Source: Eledone cirrhosa (lineage: Eukaryota). Taken from it: a stretch of DNA of 64,000 bases. Under the pieces are notes generated by a model. That model saw nothing but the letters and a program-made list of their open reading frames with translations, was not told the DNA's origin and did not search any database. The stretch covers positions 251,968,001 to 252,032,000 of the forward strand of contig OZ024743.1 of NCBI GenBank assembly GCA_964016885.1, in the 5' to 3' direction. Both the position numbers and the translations under genes were made by a program. Below, in pieces: positions 1 through 12,538 of the stretch (the stretch's first letter is position 1; each line of letters opens with the position of its first letter).

Positions 1-499
1 ATTGATCAGGTGAGTCTAGAAGCCGCTAATCGCTCGAAGTTGCGTCATTCGTTCTCCATTACATTATTTACCTCTGAACAACTCCTCAGAATACAAAAAC
101 AATTCACTCAGGCAAGATATATATAGAGAAATAGCATATAATCAAAACAATAGCATCAATAATAAAATATATATGATAAATAGATAGAGAAGTTACAGAT
201 GTAAAAAGTAAAAAGTAAAAGATAAGAAAAAAGATACAGTAAAAAGTAAGAAAATGGAGAAATATAAAGAAACAAGGATAAGTGAGAGCATGTAAGTACA
301 GAATATGATAGTGGTGGTGGTGAGTAAGTGTTCGTATAAGGATTCTGTGGTGGGTTTAGTGCTAACATGGAAAGTCATATTCGAAACATACATAGATACA
401 TGTAGAGAGTCTGATGTAGTAACAGATAAAAGAAAAAGCAATAAATTAGAGATTAATTGGAAGATACTAGAATGAGATTTAAGGGCTAAGGGTGGATGG

Positions 500-1935
500 A
501 CAAATGTGTGTGGTAAATGTTTCGCTGATTGTCTTATCTTAATGGCGTTGATGCTGTTTCAGGAAGAGAGGGTGAACGAGATGTTAAGAGATTTATGATC
601 TAGTGACCAGTTGGCTGTTTGATAGCTAATAGCGGTGTGATGGTGTATATTTCCATACGTTAAAATCCAGGTGGTTCAGTTCTAATTTTGGGATTGCTGG
701 CTCGAATCACGGTGGTTTGAAATTTGTGAACTAGGTAGGTATTTTATGCCTACAGAAAATTGATCTTTCTATTTTGCTGTTAAGCAGCATCTTATTGTAC
801 CTTAAAATATGGAATAACTCTATATTACAAAGTCCGCAGTGGGACATCCCATTGTTGTAGGCCCTTGCTTCCGATAATTTTGACCAGCTAATCCTATATT
901 TCTTGTTTGTGATTTAAGCTGCCAGATTTTATTGGCTCGGGTCGTAGAGTTCTCCAGTCTACGGTTCTTCATGGAGTGTCTGTGGACGTGCCACCTTTTT
1001 TTAAAGCCGTGGAACCTATGTAGTGCCAAATAGAGTTGCCTGAATTTACAGTACACATGTACACCATACTCGAATCAAGGCATCTATTTTGCAGTGGGCA
1101 CTTATCCGGTAGGTGGCAATTACAGTTGGAGGCTTTTCTGTGTGCAGGTTCTCCGTTACGGTTTTGTATGTTGTTGTGGGTGGGTTGAGATTTAGGCCTA
1201 TTATTGTTTTTTTGTGATGCGCCCTGATGTGTTTGTGGTTACGATGCTGTTATGTGTTTGCGTTTTGTATTTGGTGCTATGGTGTATGTTGGTAGGTTAT
1301 TTTCTTTAGAGATATTTTTGTGGTTGATTTTATGTATGTGTGATTCTATGTTGGCTGCAGTAGAGTAAGATAGTTTGATAGTTCTTCTATTAAAGATTCT
1401 ATGGTATTTGTGTAGTTTAGAGAAGTGTTTGTCAATTAGCTTAAAGAATGTAGAAGGTAGTTTGTTTTTTATAGAGGAGTTGAATATTGGATTGAACCAT
1501 AAGTATTTCCTATGTCTGGATCTTCTAAAGATCTTAGGGATCCTTATATGAGTGTTCAGTTGAGTTATTTTTGGTGCTTGTTGTCTAATTCTATGCTTAG
1601 TCTTGTTATTTCTATAGGTGTAGGTAGTGTAGTTGTCGTTAGGTTTGTTGCCGCTGTCTCTATCTGGTATGTATTCCAGCCCCTCTTTATGTCCTGCCTT
1701 ATGTAAAGCTATGTTATAATAGTTTGCATGTTCGTTGAAAATCTCTAGGTTAGAAGATAGGCGGGATATTCTGAGGGATATAGTATGTGCTATGGAGTTA
1801 ATTATGGATCGGGGTGGTTTGAGTTATAACTAATGCAGGCTAGATTCTCGTTATTTTTATGGAAGGGCTCTATTAATCCTGTGTTTAGGTTGAGTGTTAC
1901 ATCTAAGAAGTTTGATTTTTAGAGTTAAGTTTGAA
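500..1935 (-). mobile_element. Penelope-like retroelement remnant (RT thumb, WFNP linker, CNC-CPL-C motif, GIY-YIG), decayed
   Basis: Minus-strand translation gives INFLDVTLNLNTG (~1880-1920), KYLWFNPIFN...HKYHRIFNRRTIKLSYST (~1360-1510) and CNCHLPDKCPLQNRCLDSSMVY...WHYIGST (~1010-1125). It is homologous to the PLE at 48-51 kb. Confidence 0.85.
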
Positions 1936-2465
1936 ATATATATGTATCTAAACTATAATAAAGGAAGGTCTGTGGGACAGCGTACTATTTATTTCTTTTA
2001 ATCCAGTTAGTAAAATAAATTGGATTACTTTGAATAAATAATGAATGAATATTTCATAATTTATGTAAACATAAATCATTTCATAAAAATAAATAATTTA
2101 AAATTAACTTCTTTTCAAAGTTACACTTCCAGTATATCATCGCCACCACCACCCTTACTTCAACCACCATATATATAGAAAGAGATAGTGTGTGATGAGA
2201 GAGATAGAGAGATTATGATTTTTTACACGCTAACGCGTATGAGTGTGCACATACATACGTCTGTATGTAATGTATGAGTATATAACTATAATCGCGCAAA
2301 CACAAACTTATAAAAATACACCCTCAAGGACATAATTCACACAAATACACATACTTTCACATAAACATACATACAGTCACACATATACATTTACACAAAC
2401 ACACACAAAGTCATGTTAGCAGCGTTCGGTGAAATTGGAAATGGGAGGGTAAAACAAGTATAACG

Positions 2466-3160
2466 TTTTATTTATTTATTAACTCTTTTTTTAAAAACTC
2501 ATTTAATATAAAGGTTACAGAATGAAAACACTAACAAATATAATATATACAAAGGAAAGGGAAAGGAAAAAAAGGAAAGAGAAAAAATACACAAGCAGGT
2601 AATACACACATCTTAGGCCACAGAACAATATGCAGGTGAAAGAGTGGTAAAACGAGCCGCTACCAGAGCAAAAGATAGCAATATAGTGAGGAACACTGGG
2701 AAACCTCTCTAATAATTTTTGAGGCAGGCCAGCACGCTCGCAGCGTTACCTGGGGTGATGGCGAGGCTGAGGTGCTAGAACAACCATGTGCCCTCATGAG
2801 CATGACCAGTTACCTGTGTTTGGCAAGCCGCCAGTGAAGATAAAAATCTCGCTGTCAGTAGCCCAACTCGCACAAACGTCTAGAACACCACAGGCTGGAT
2901 AATGTAGTTAGCTGACAGAATACGGTATTTTAGGATTTTGTTCCGTTCAGTTGCGGATGCTGTAGCTCTCTCCCTTACCGCTGCATCCAGAATGTGGGAA
3001 GAAGCAAAAGAGTCACTAACTGTGATGTCCCAGGTAAGGCACCTGCCTCTTGACCAGGAGCACAGAGTAAGACCGTCAAGTCTTTTCCCATCAATTCAGG
3101 ACAACCCAGACGGTTCCAAAATTGAGGGGATGTTTTCCCGGGCCAAATCTCTTGAGTGGT
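2466..3160 (-). mobile_element. CRE-clade non-LTR retrotransposon 3' end (restriction-like endonuclease), decayed
   Basis: Minus strand reads ILEPSGLS*IDGKRLDGLTLCSWSRGRCLTWDITVSDSFASS...ERNKILKY...LSLAITPGNAASVLAC, matching the CRE RLE pattern (EPxGL..DGKRPDG..W..G..L.WD.T..K..KY..GNAAS). An (AAAT)n tail lies at ~2466-2480. Confidence 0.8.
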
Positions 3161-3329
3161 AATAGGACAGTGAGTGTATGTGCGCGCGCGTGAGTTTGGC
3201 GGCATTCTTAAATTAGAGTCACGTGTGTGTGTCACTGTTTTTAAGTTAGACATATATATGTGTGTATCCCTTTCCTTCCTTTTAAACACACATACATTCA
3301 CACAAACACACATACACATTGCGTGATGG

Positions 3330-3765
3330 ACGGGTGGACAGAAGTCCTATATACATGTGAATGGAGTTCTACTGAAGCAGTTAGAGAAGTTCAAGTATCT
3401 TGGAGCCGTGTTCAATGAGTGATGGAATGCAGGAGGCTGAATTAAGTGCAAGAATTGCAAAAGCTGATGCAGTAATGCGCCAGCCTCAGCAATCAGAAGT
3501 ACGTGTAAAAGCCAAACTCGTTATCTTCTTGGTATTCCTGCCAACTCTTACCGAGGATCATGAATCTTGAGTAATGACCAAATAAAAGTGGCAGAAATGG
3601 GATTCCTCCGAAGGGTTTTTGGACTAACGTTACTCGATAAAGTGTATACATCAGAGACCAGAAAGTCACTCCTGGTAGAACCGCTACTTCTCCGAATTGA
3701 TAGAGATCACTATTCCGATATGAGCATGTGGTTAGAATGTCTCAGTAAAGAATCGCTGGACACAT
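3330..3765 (+). mobile_element. RTE-clade LINE fragment (family C; RT motif 7 to C-terminal region)
   Basis: EKFKYLG, then AEMGFLRRVFGLTLLDKV...VEPLLLRI. Related copies lie at 7885-8270 and 28060-28540. Confidence 0.75.
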
Positions 3766-4183
3766 AATAATTATTGTGAGTAAAGTGGTGGGTAAAATGA
3801 TTATTGTGAGTAAAGTTGTGGGTAAAATAGTAGGTAAAGTGGTGGGTAAAGTCAAGAAAGGGAGAAAGAGGGTAGAAAGTGGAGTAAAGGGGGGGTAGGG
3901 AAAGAATGGGTTGGAAGAGGCAGAAGTGGGAGAAGCGGAGGAAAAACATCAAGGGAAGGAAGGATGGAAAAGAGGAGGGAAGACAGCAGGTCAAAAAATA
4001 GGGCAAGAGGTTAAAAAATGGGGAAAATAGGGAAGAGGGGTAAAGAGGGATACGAAGTGTGAAAGTGTGGGAAAGAGGCGGAAAAGGGTGTAATGAGGGA
4101 GAATCAACACTACAAGGTCAACCACAAGACAATGAGGTCACGTAAAGTGATATGTGTTTCTTTTACAAGAAATTTGAAGCAAA

Positions 4184-4378
4184 GTAATAATTGTTTCTAC
4201 TTTTGGCACAAGACCAGCAATTACTCAGTGCATTACTGGTACTTTATTTTATCGACCCCCGTAAGGATGAAAGGCAAAGTTAACCTCGGCGGGATTTGAA
4301 CTTAGAATGGCAAGGGCCGTAACTCTATGCATCAAAGCATGGTGTGAGACCCTCTACCGATACTGCCAATCCACCAAG
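4184..4378 (-). mobile_element. tRNA-derived SINE (first of a tandem pair)
   Basis: Reverse complement has a box-B-like GTTCAAATCC, the central GCCTTTCATCCTTACGGGGTCGATAAAATAAAGTACCAG domain and an (ATT)n tail. There are many copies in the window. Confidence 0.85.
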
Positions 4379-4576
4379 TAATAATTGTTTCTACTCTAGG
4401 CACAAGGCCAGTAATTACCCCGTGTATTACTGGTACTTTATTTTATCGACCCCCGTAAGGATGAAAGGCAAAGTCAAACTCGGCGGGATTTGAACTCAGA
4501 TCGTAAAGGGATGTAACTATGCTGGAAAGCATGGCGTCTGACCCTCTACCGATATTGCCAATTCACCGCAGTAATA
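4379..4576 (-). mobile_element. tRNA-derived SINE (second of a tandem pair)
   Basis: Near-identical to 32771-32965 and directly abuts the previous copy. Confidence 0.85.
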
Positions 4577-4599
4577 ATGTAACTTCAATAGCACTTCCT

Positions 4600-5468
4600 C
4601 ATCGACTCCGGGAGAAACTCTAGGACCAACCACCAATAAACACCCTGGGGGTCGGCAAACATGATCAACTGTCCTGTATGTCTATGATCAGATCTCCAGT
4701 CAGATTCTTAATCGACACAGAAGTAGAAGTCAGTGTCATCCTGGCATCTGTAAACGACCTCCGTTATAGAGAAGGGAGTCAGTGGCAGCTGCCAATGATT
4801 CTACAATCCAAGCTTACAGATACCGTACTCTCTCCCTCCACAGAGGCTCACAGTAATATACATGGACATTCACCGTTGCTGATGCCCATCAGCCTATCAT
4901 TGGAGCAAACTTCCTTCGGGCTCACTCACTGCTGGTCGATAATCAGGTGAGATGACTCGTCAATAGCAGTAAGTATGCCTCTGTTTCTCTGGCAACATCT
5001 GCACGTGTGACTTTTCATATATCAAACGTCTCTGAGACCAAGAACGAGTTCTCAGAATTCCTTTTAAATTACCTGAAACTCATTATCATGACATCTCCCA
5101 ATCCACAACTCACCACAGAGTAAAGCATTACATTCCAACCACCAGTTCTCCAGTACACAACCGTGTATGTCGTCTACCATCAGACATATTTGCTATTGTG
5201 AAGGTCAAATTTGACAATATGTAAGCTTTGGGCATCGTTCATCGATCAAACCGTCCCTGGTCTTCACCTCTACACGAAGTGCCAAAACCCAATAGAGCTT
5301 GGAGACCAAGCAGGGATTATCGCCGTCTTAACAAAAGTACCTCACCCTACTGCTACTCCATTCTGCATATACAAGGCTTCTCGGTTCAGTTAGCAGGGTG
5401 CTCGATTTTCTCCAAAATCTACCTCAACCGAGGTTATCATCAATTACCTGTACTAGATGATAACATGT
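4600..5468 (+). mobile_element. Ty3/Gypsy LTR retrotransposon pol remnant (protease + start of RT)
   Basis: FLIDTEVEVSVI (degenerate aspartyl protease DTG), WTFTVADAHQPIIGANFL, GIVHRSNRPWSSPLHEVPKPNRAWRPSRDYRRLN and IFSKIYLNRGYHQLPV. Contains stops and frameshifts; no LTRs seen. Confidence 0.85.
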
Positions 5469-5748
5469 AAATACAATTTAATACAAAAAGAAAAAAGAAA
5501 ATTTAGATTGAGAAGAAAGAATGGAATGTAAAATAAGAAAATATTTAAAAAAAACGGGAAAAGAAAGATATGGCAAGGGCTCTAGTGTATATAATAAACA
5601 TACATATAGTATCACTTTGAGTATTTTAATCTGTTTCGATCTGTGATCATATCACAGCTACCTCAGCATCGGAATTCATATACACATTCATACTTGCTTC
5701 CTGTCAAAATAAGGTCACAGTTTTAAATTAAGTAAATTATATAGATTA

Positions 5749-5990
5749 CTAGCAGCAGGACCCGGCGTTGCACGGGGTAGGAAATGTGAAATAGCAACAC
5801 GCATATGCAAAGAGTGAGAAATGTAGCTGTGTACTTTTTGAATTCCCTTATTCTCAGGGAATGATTGTTCATCGACTGGAAACGTAGAACACCAGCAGGC
5901 CGAATCCAGTAGTAACAGTATCAGTGGGCTGATTGCAGTAATCCTGTATGCGAAAGGAGTAAGTAAGTGTTGTGGGGCAATGTATGTCGT
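5749..5990 (-). mobile_element. Helitron-like 3' terminus (GC hairpin + CTAG)
   Basis: Reverse complement reads CCCCGTGCAACGCCGGGTCCTGCTGCTAG|T, a subterminal hairpin followed by CTAG. The 5' extent is uncertain. Confidence 0.6.
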
Positions 5991-6619
5991 AGAATTCATA
6001 TACATATTCATACTTGCTCCTAATATATCTGTCAAAATATATCAGTAGAAACAAGGTCACAGTTTTAAATAAAATAAATTATATTGATTATTTAAAGCTC
6101 CTTTCCAGGGTGGCAAAGTTGATTAACATTTTAGCCTATAAGTTGCTACCTATGAGAAAAACGGAAGTCTCAATATTGTTACCCAGCTTGCTAGAAATAG
6201 CGATCAAATTTCTCAAATCACACAGTCACTAAAAAATGGTGGAGGCATATCGGAGGATACAGTTTGAGGTTGACTATGTTAAAAAAGATGGAATATCTAT
6301 CGCTAGAATGTTTTTGATCTTAGGTCTGCACGATGAGGGATGATGTGGAGCTAAACAACAACCTGGTCAGACAAGGAACTCTATATATGGTTCTGGGTAA
6401 GACGGTTTGCATCGTGAATTAGATGGTGTGGTGCTGCATTAAGCATTCTAGTATATATAATGCCTCTGTTAGCAGGTAAACTAGATTTTGAGAGATGAGA
6501 GTCATTAAAAGGAGACAAAGCTTCAATCCATGGAAATTCCTTTTGTAACAACATTTATTATCATCTTTCTCCTCATATACCAGCAAAGATGAAACATCTG
6601 CCAAAAGGAGGCACCTCAA

Positions 6620-6678
6620 TTGTCTCTCCCTTTCTCTCTCTCTCTCTCCCCCTTTCACTCTCTCTCTCTCTCCCCTTT

Positions 6679-6717
<39 letters not shown>

Positions 6718-6870
6718 ATCTCTCTCTCTCTCTGTCTCTCTTTCCATTTCTCTCTCTCTTTCTCTCTCTCTCTCCATGTCTCCCTCTTCTTGTCTCTCTC
6801 TCCCTTTCTCTCTCTCCTTCCCCATCTCTCTCTCTCTCCTCTCTCTCCTCTTCTCTCTCCTCTCTCTCTC
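6620..6870. repeat. (CT)n-rich microsatellite
   Basis: Long imperfect CT tract. Confidence 0.95.
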
Positions 6871-7309
6871 TGTAAGACAGATTTTTTATGGATTATGGAT
6901 TAAACCATATACATTCTTGTCTTTAATTTCCTGATAAAATAGCTCCTTCTTCATCTTAAGCCAAGCAACAAAGGCAAATATTTCATAAATTGTCAACATC
7001 GAAAGATATAATGAATGACATTTTTTATTTTGTTTTCATTTTTTTTTTTTTTTTTTTTAGCAATTGGGATTTTTCTAGAAAGTTCTAAAGTACATTTTAT
7101 ATATATCATCATCATCATCTAACGTCCATTTTTCCACACTTAAGAAAAACAAACACAGAAGTACAATTACACAATCTTATTAGTGTCATTCTTGTTGGGA
7201 AGGGAAAAGGAATGTCTCAACGTTTTGGATGTTAGTTTTCATCAGGAAATAGGAGCAGGAGAAGAATGAAAGGTTGTAAAAAAAAAGTGATTATCAGGAG
7301 GGGTGAGGG

Positions 7310-8270
7310 GAACAATTCTTGCTGTGCAGCACTCAGCAGCAAACCTATCCAGTGCATATTAGGGATCACATTCCCATTAGTTTGGCAGCACCATTTTATC
7401 TGCAAATGTCAGCCAACTGATCCTACACCCACAAGTTTTCACATCACTTCCAATGAAGCTGCAAACATTAATACAGTTCATGAAGATTATGAACAAGAGA
7501 TGTGGAAATATGCACACTTGACAGAGTCCAACACCCACATTGAATGGTTTCAACTTAGGACTATTTAGCTTACACAAATACTAAGGCATTTGTATAAGCT
7601 GTTCATTGATCCCACACTTTTGAAGAACCTTCCACAAGTCTTGTGAAATGCAGTGATATGACGTTTCAAGGTTTACACGCAATCATGCATCTCTTAGCAA
7701 TACTCCCACAATTTCTTGAAGACCTGAAAATTAGATTGGCTGTGCTACACTCTGGGCAAAAACCACACTGTGCGTCAGCTAACTTTGACTTGATAATATC
7801 CCTACCTCTCTTTGCTAGACAGTTGGCATACATTTTACCAGGGAGGCTTAACAAATAGATTCCTCTCAAGAAATCATTCACAGTATGTTCTGCATTTTAG
7901 ATAAACCAAAGCAGATGAAATTCAAATATACTAGGCTTATATTCATGAGTTATGGAAAGCAGGAATCTGAATTAAAAATATGAATTGCTAGAGCTGGTGC
8001 AATAATGTACCAGCTTCAGCACTCAGTCATTAGAGGATGAGAGCTGGGTATGAAAGCTAAACTCACCATCTTCAATTAGGTGTTCATGCTTACCCTTATC
8101 TCTGGTAATGAAACTTGAGTATCAAAAGAATAAAATGACGAATACAAATGTGGTTCCTTCAAAGTGTCTTTGGAGTAACATAATTTGATAGGTCGTGTTG
8201 TTTGGAGATCAGGGAGTTGCTATTTCTTCACATTGAGAAAACATAATTCTAATACTATGGAGCTAGAGGT
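7310..8270. mobile_element. RTE family C LINE with 5' inversion (7310-7885 minus, 7885-8270 plus)
   Basis: The minus part encodes LLSLPGKMYANCL...AQCGFCP...FADKMVL (RT motifs 1-5). The plus part continues with a KFKYLG-like motif and the C-terminal region. Confidence 0.7.
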
Positions 8271-8737
8271 AGATCATAAGCATATATATTAGTAAAATAC
8301 AAGCAGATGGTCCACTTCCCTTTATCTGGCCTGCCAGCTCACTAACTCTGTACTTAAACATGCATTGAGTACTACCTTAATTTATGGTTTTCATAGCATG
8401 AAAACTTTATATATATATATATGTGTGTATATGACCAATGCATATATGACCAATGCAAGAGAGGCTGTTTTGCCCTTGACACATGTAGAGAGGCCTCTCA
8501 ACCATTCTTGTCGCTCCCTTAATGTCCTTTCTAAATGCCAAATATAATATAAATTATGCTCCCAACCTCATTAAAGAAAATTAGTATTGAATGAAGTGTA
8601 AGCAATTTCAATTTTATCATTTATACTTTTTTGCTGGGTGGTGAATTTTAACCTTACACTTCTCTCACAACTCCTACCTTAGAAACTTCCAGCCAAACCA
8701 ATTCAGTTTAGAAACCCAATAAATTGGTTTTGTGTTG

Positions 8738-8775
8738 CTGATGATTGCACAGTTGAGCGAAACCTGAGATCTCAT
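8738..8775 (+). ncRNA. Hammerhead ribozyme-like motif (PLE terminal-repeat type, degenerate)
   Basis: CTGATGA-TT-GCAC-AGTT-GAGC-GAAAC: core boxes are intact, stem II has one mismatch and stems I/III are poor. Confidence 0.5.
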
Positions 8776-8871
8776 GATCTTAGAAGAAATTATTAGATTT
8801 ATATCAACATTTTGTAAATTGAATGTATACATTACATATGCAACAGATCACTATATTTGTGAGTATACTCA

Positions 8872-8916
<45 letters not shown>

Positions 8917-10209
8917 GTCTGAGTATACTCACAAATATAGTGATCTGATGCATATGTAATGTATACATTCAATTTACATGCAAAAACATAGATATACAAA
9001 ATGTTGATATAAATCTAATATTTCTGGACTAAAAGTGGGCTTTTAGTCCAGAAATAGCCGTCGAAACAGCTTGAGCTCTACCGTCGGGGTCATACTTTCT
9101 TCTATATATATATATATATATATAATGAAGTGTGTGTATCTGGCACACCACTAAATTGTTAAATTTTGAGTTGTAAGATGAATATGCAATATTCAATACA
9201 TACTTACACACACATATATACACTGTGTATATATATATGCACATATGCTCACATATATATATCCACCAAATTATTAGATACTGTAGTTAACTTTATAGCT
9301 TCCATTACCAGATTCTGCAATTCTGCAAACCTTGTGCAATTTGGTTTAGCATAGAATTACCGTAAATATCCTCACCAGAAAGAAACTATATTCCACCTGA
9401 GTTTATGGTTCTAGAAATGGTGTTTATTTTAAAGAGAGATTTAATGTTTTGGGGGGAAGAACTTGAAGTGATGATAAATATTTATGGAGTTTTCCACTTT
9501 AATAGTTTTTAACATGTTACAATGGTCATACACTTGGAAATTTAAGAGACACTTTTAAAATGGAAATGTTTTCAAATTTAAATTTTCACTTCACACACTT
9601 TTACTATTTTTACTCTTTTTTTCTTTACTTTCACTCTTTTACATTGGTAGTATGTCCATCTATCTGTCGATCAGTATGTCTGTCTGTCTATTGCTTTGTC
9701 CATTTGTTTTTCTGTCAATCTCTCTGTCCATCTATCTCTGTTCTATTTATTTCTCTGTCTGCCTAATAAGCTCTCTATCTTTCCTCATAAATGTATGTGG
9801 TTGTGTGTATATATGTATATATATGCACCAATCCACATTTCTATCTGCCTATTTATCTACACACATCACTCACTCTCTTTCTCTATATATATGTGTGTGT
9901 ATGTGTGTGTGTGTGAATTCAAATCAAGAGGGTTCACAAGACAAAAACAATGGGAAAAACGGACAGTTCTATCTCCTCAGTCAACCTCTGAGAATCACTA
10001 CAGTTTCTGTGCATTAAGGTTGATGCTGTTCATTCTAGTGCATATTCGGTCATAACAAAACAGGTAGAGGCAAAAAACAGGACAGTTAGCTCAGTTATTA
10101 AGTAATCATCTTTAGTTTCCTAGATACCTCAACTCCTGATGGATATGCAAGTGAATCATTGTAACTTTGGAATGTTAAACTAGTGATAATGCAAGGAAAA
10201 AAAATAAAG

Positions 10210-10750
10210 ATCCATGTAATGGACTGGTACTTTATTTATTGACTTTGAAAGGATGAAAGAGATAGTTACCCTCAGTGGCATTTGAACTCAAAGCACAGAG
10301 AACCAGAACTAATACCACTTGGCTTTCTATTTGGCAATCTAATGACTGGAAATTCACTGCCAAGTATGCCAAAGCAAGATTTGAACTCAGAACACAAAGA
10401 GTTGGAACAAATACTGTTAAGCATTTTGTCAAATGCTTTAAAAATTCTGTTAATCCACTACTCTGGAGTGGTACTTTATTTTACCAACCCTAAAAGAATG
10501 AAAAACAATGTTGACAATTTTACCTCAGTGAGAACAGAATTTTTGCAGGAGATATTGTTGTATGCTCTAACAATTTAGTGAATCCACCTTCTCCAAAGGT
10601 AAACTTAGACTGTAAAGAACCAGAACATATACTACAACACTCCTCTTGCAATGTACTACCTTGCATTTGGTACTTTATCTTATCAACCTAGAAAGGATGA
10701 AAAGCACAGTTGGCCTGATCTCAACTGGATTTGAACTCAGATGAGGATTA
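10210..10750 (-). mobile_element. Cluster of degenerate tRNA-SINE copies
   Basis: Repeated GGTACTTTATTT...GGATGAAA...GATTTGAACTCAG segments. Confidence 0.65.
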
Positions 10751-10825
10751 CAGCTGGTCAGCTTGTCTTTCATAAGACACCATAAACATAGAACATATGA
10801 ATGTTTTTTTCTGTTTGGCTCATAA

Positions 10826-10894
10826 CTCTTGATGAAGTCATAGGGGTTGTCTAGGGATATATGATGTGTCTTTGGCATTTGAAACCTAGTAGAG
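10826..10894 (+). ncRNA. Type I hammerhead-like motif (C3->U)
   Basis: CTC-TTGATGA-[imperfect stem II]-GAAAC-CTA-GTA-GAG. Stem I is CTC/GAG and the cleavage triplet is GUA. Confidence 0.5.
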
Positions 10895-11039
10895 CCCATA
10901 CCCCTCCAGATCTGAACACAGGCAATTTCCCCAAGAGTTTGAGAGAAAGAGATATAAACGAAGAATCAACCTAGTACTGGACTGGTACTTTATTTATCTA
11001 AAGTCAATATTCTGGTTTCCTAGGCATTAATCAATTGAG

Positions 11040-11370
11040 AGTGCAAGACTCCCAATTGGAAAAATGACTGTCCATTGCAGGATTAAACACTCAGCTGCTA
11101 CTGGTACTCATTTTCAACTGAGTATACAAGAGCAAGGTGAAATAAGCATGGTGCTCAAGAAAACAATACACAACTTGATCCAGGTATCAAGCCCTCAGCA
11201 TTATGATCATAACTCTAACCACTAGGCCACACACCATCATCTTATTTATCGACTATGAATAAACAAAAAGCAAAGTTGACCTCAGCAGGATTTGAACTCA
11301 GAGTGCAGAGAGCTGGAACAAATACCACAAAGCATTCTATCTGATTTTCTAATGATCATAGAAATTCACC
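11040..11370 (-). mobile_element. Two degenerate SINEs (a CORE/V-like tRNA SINE, then the abundant tRNA SINE)
   Basis: Reverse complement has a GTGGCCTAGTGGTTAGAG box-A head and a TTCTTGAGCA...TTATTTCACCTTGCTC core. Related copies lie at 33640-33730 and 58010-58300. Confidence 0.55.
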
Positions 11371-11502
11371 AGTTTCAGAACATATATAATAGTAAATAAT
11401 TGTCTCTCAAATGCAACATCCATCACACACCATTTGTTCTGAAGAGACAAATATATAGATGTCTTCTTTATCTTGAAACATGTGTCTTCAGTGTGTCAAG
11501 TC

Positions 11503-11770
11503 ATTACTATTATGATTACTGCTGTTACTACACCCAATATCACCATTACTACTACTACTGCCACCACCACCACCACCAACACCAGCAGCAATATCATTAC
11601 TACAATTATGACGACGGCCACAACCACCACCACTACTATTACAACTACTACAATCACCACTACTACTGCTACTACAGTCACTACCAACAAAAACAACACC
11701 ACCATTACTACAACTATAGCCACCACCACTACTACAACTATTATTACAATCACCACTACTACTGCTGCTG

Positions 11771-11810
<40 letters not shown>
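11503..11810. repeat. (TAC/CAC/CAA)n trinucleotide low-complexity array
   Basis: Mixed triplet repeats ending in a pure (TAC)n tract. Confidence 0.95.
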
Positions 11811-11812
<2 letters not shown>

Positions 11813-12481
11813 AGAAATAATTTAAAAACTCGGTGCAATTTATTTCATACCAGTATTCTCACTACAACCATTTTGTATTGTCTAACTTCTCCATCTCCTC
11901 ACACATCGAGAGAAGCTTATACACACATTGTACCTTTGTGTGTGCAAATATATATGTATATTTATATATATATATATATAGACAGACAGAGAGAGAGAGG
12001 GGGAGAGAGAGAGAAGGGGGGGGATAGATAGATAGATAGATAGATAGTTAAATACAGATATATAAATGTATAAAATTTCCAAATGCAATACGCGTACATA
12101 TGTGTATCTCGACATATATACATATGTGTATGCCTGTGTACATATGGATATGTAGATATGTATATTGTAATAAAAGGTCTCTTGGTGCAATTAATAAGAA
12201 AGTAAAAATACAAATAAGACAGAGAGAGAGAGACAGGGAGATGACAGACCAAGTTAGAGAGAAAAAAGAGAAACAAAAAGAGTGAGAGAATTTGAGAGTA
12301 CGGCAAACAGGAATATAGAATAAAAAGTGAGAAACAAAGCAATATGCTTGCATATCCGCATACACACAAACATGCACACACATACGCACACACGTATATA
12401 TGTACTTATATATATATGTACTATATATATATATACATACACACACACACACACATATATATATATATGTATGTATGTATG

Positions 12482-12538
<57 letters not shown>

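Noticed and set aside
515-566. Hammerhead in the first PLE's terminal repeat (minus strand CTGAAACAGC...GCGAAAC)
   Set aside because: The position is plausible but the core and stems are too degenerate to call.
4440-4570. tRNA gene
   Set aside because: Only A/B-box-like SINE heads are present, with no cloverleaf.
11400-11838. His/Tyr-, Thr- or Ser-rich ORFs
   Set aside because: These are translations of triplet microsatellites, open in several frames.
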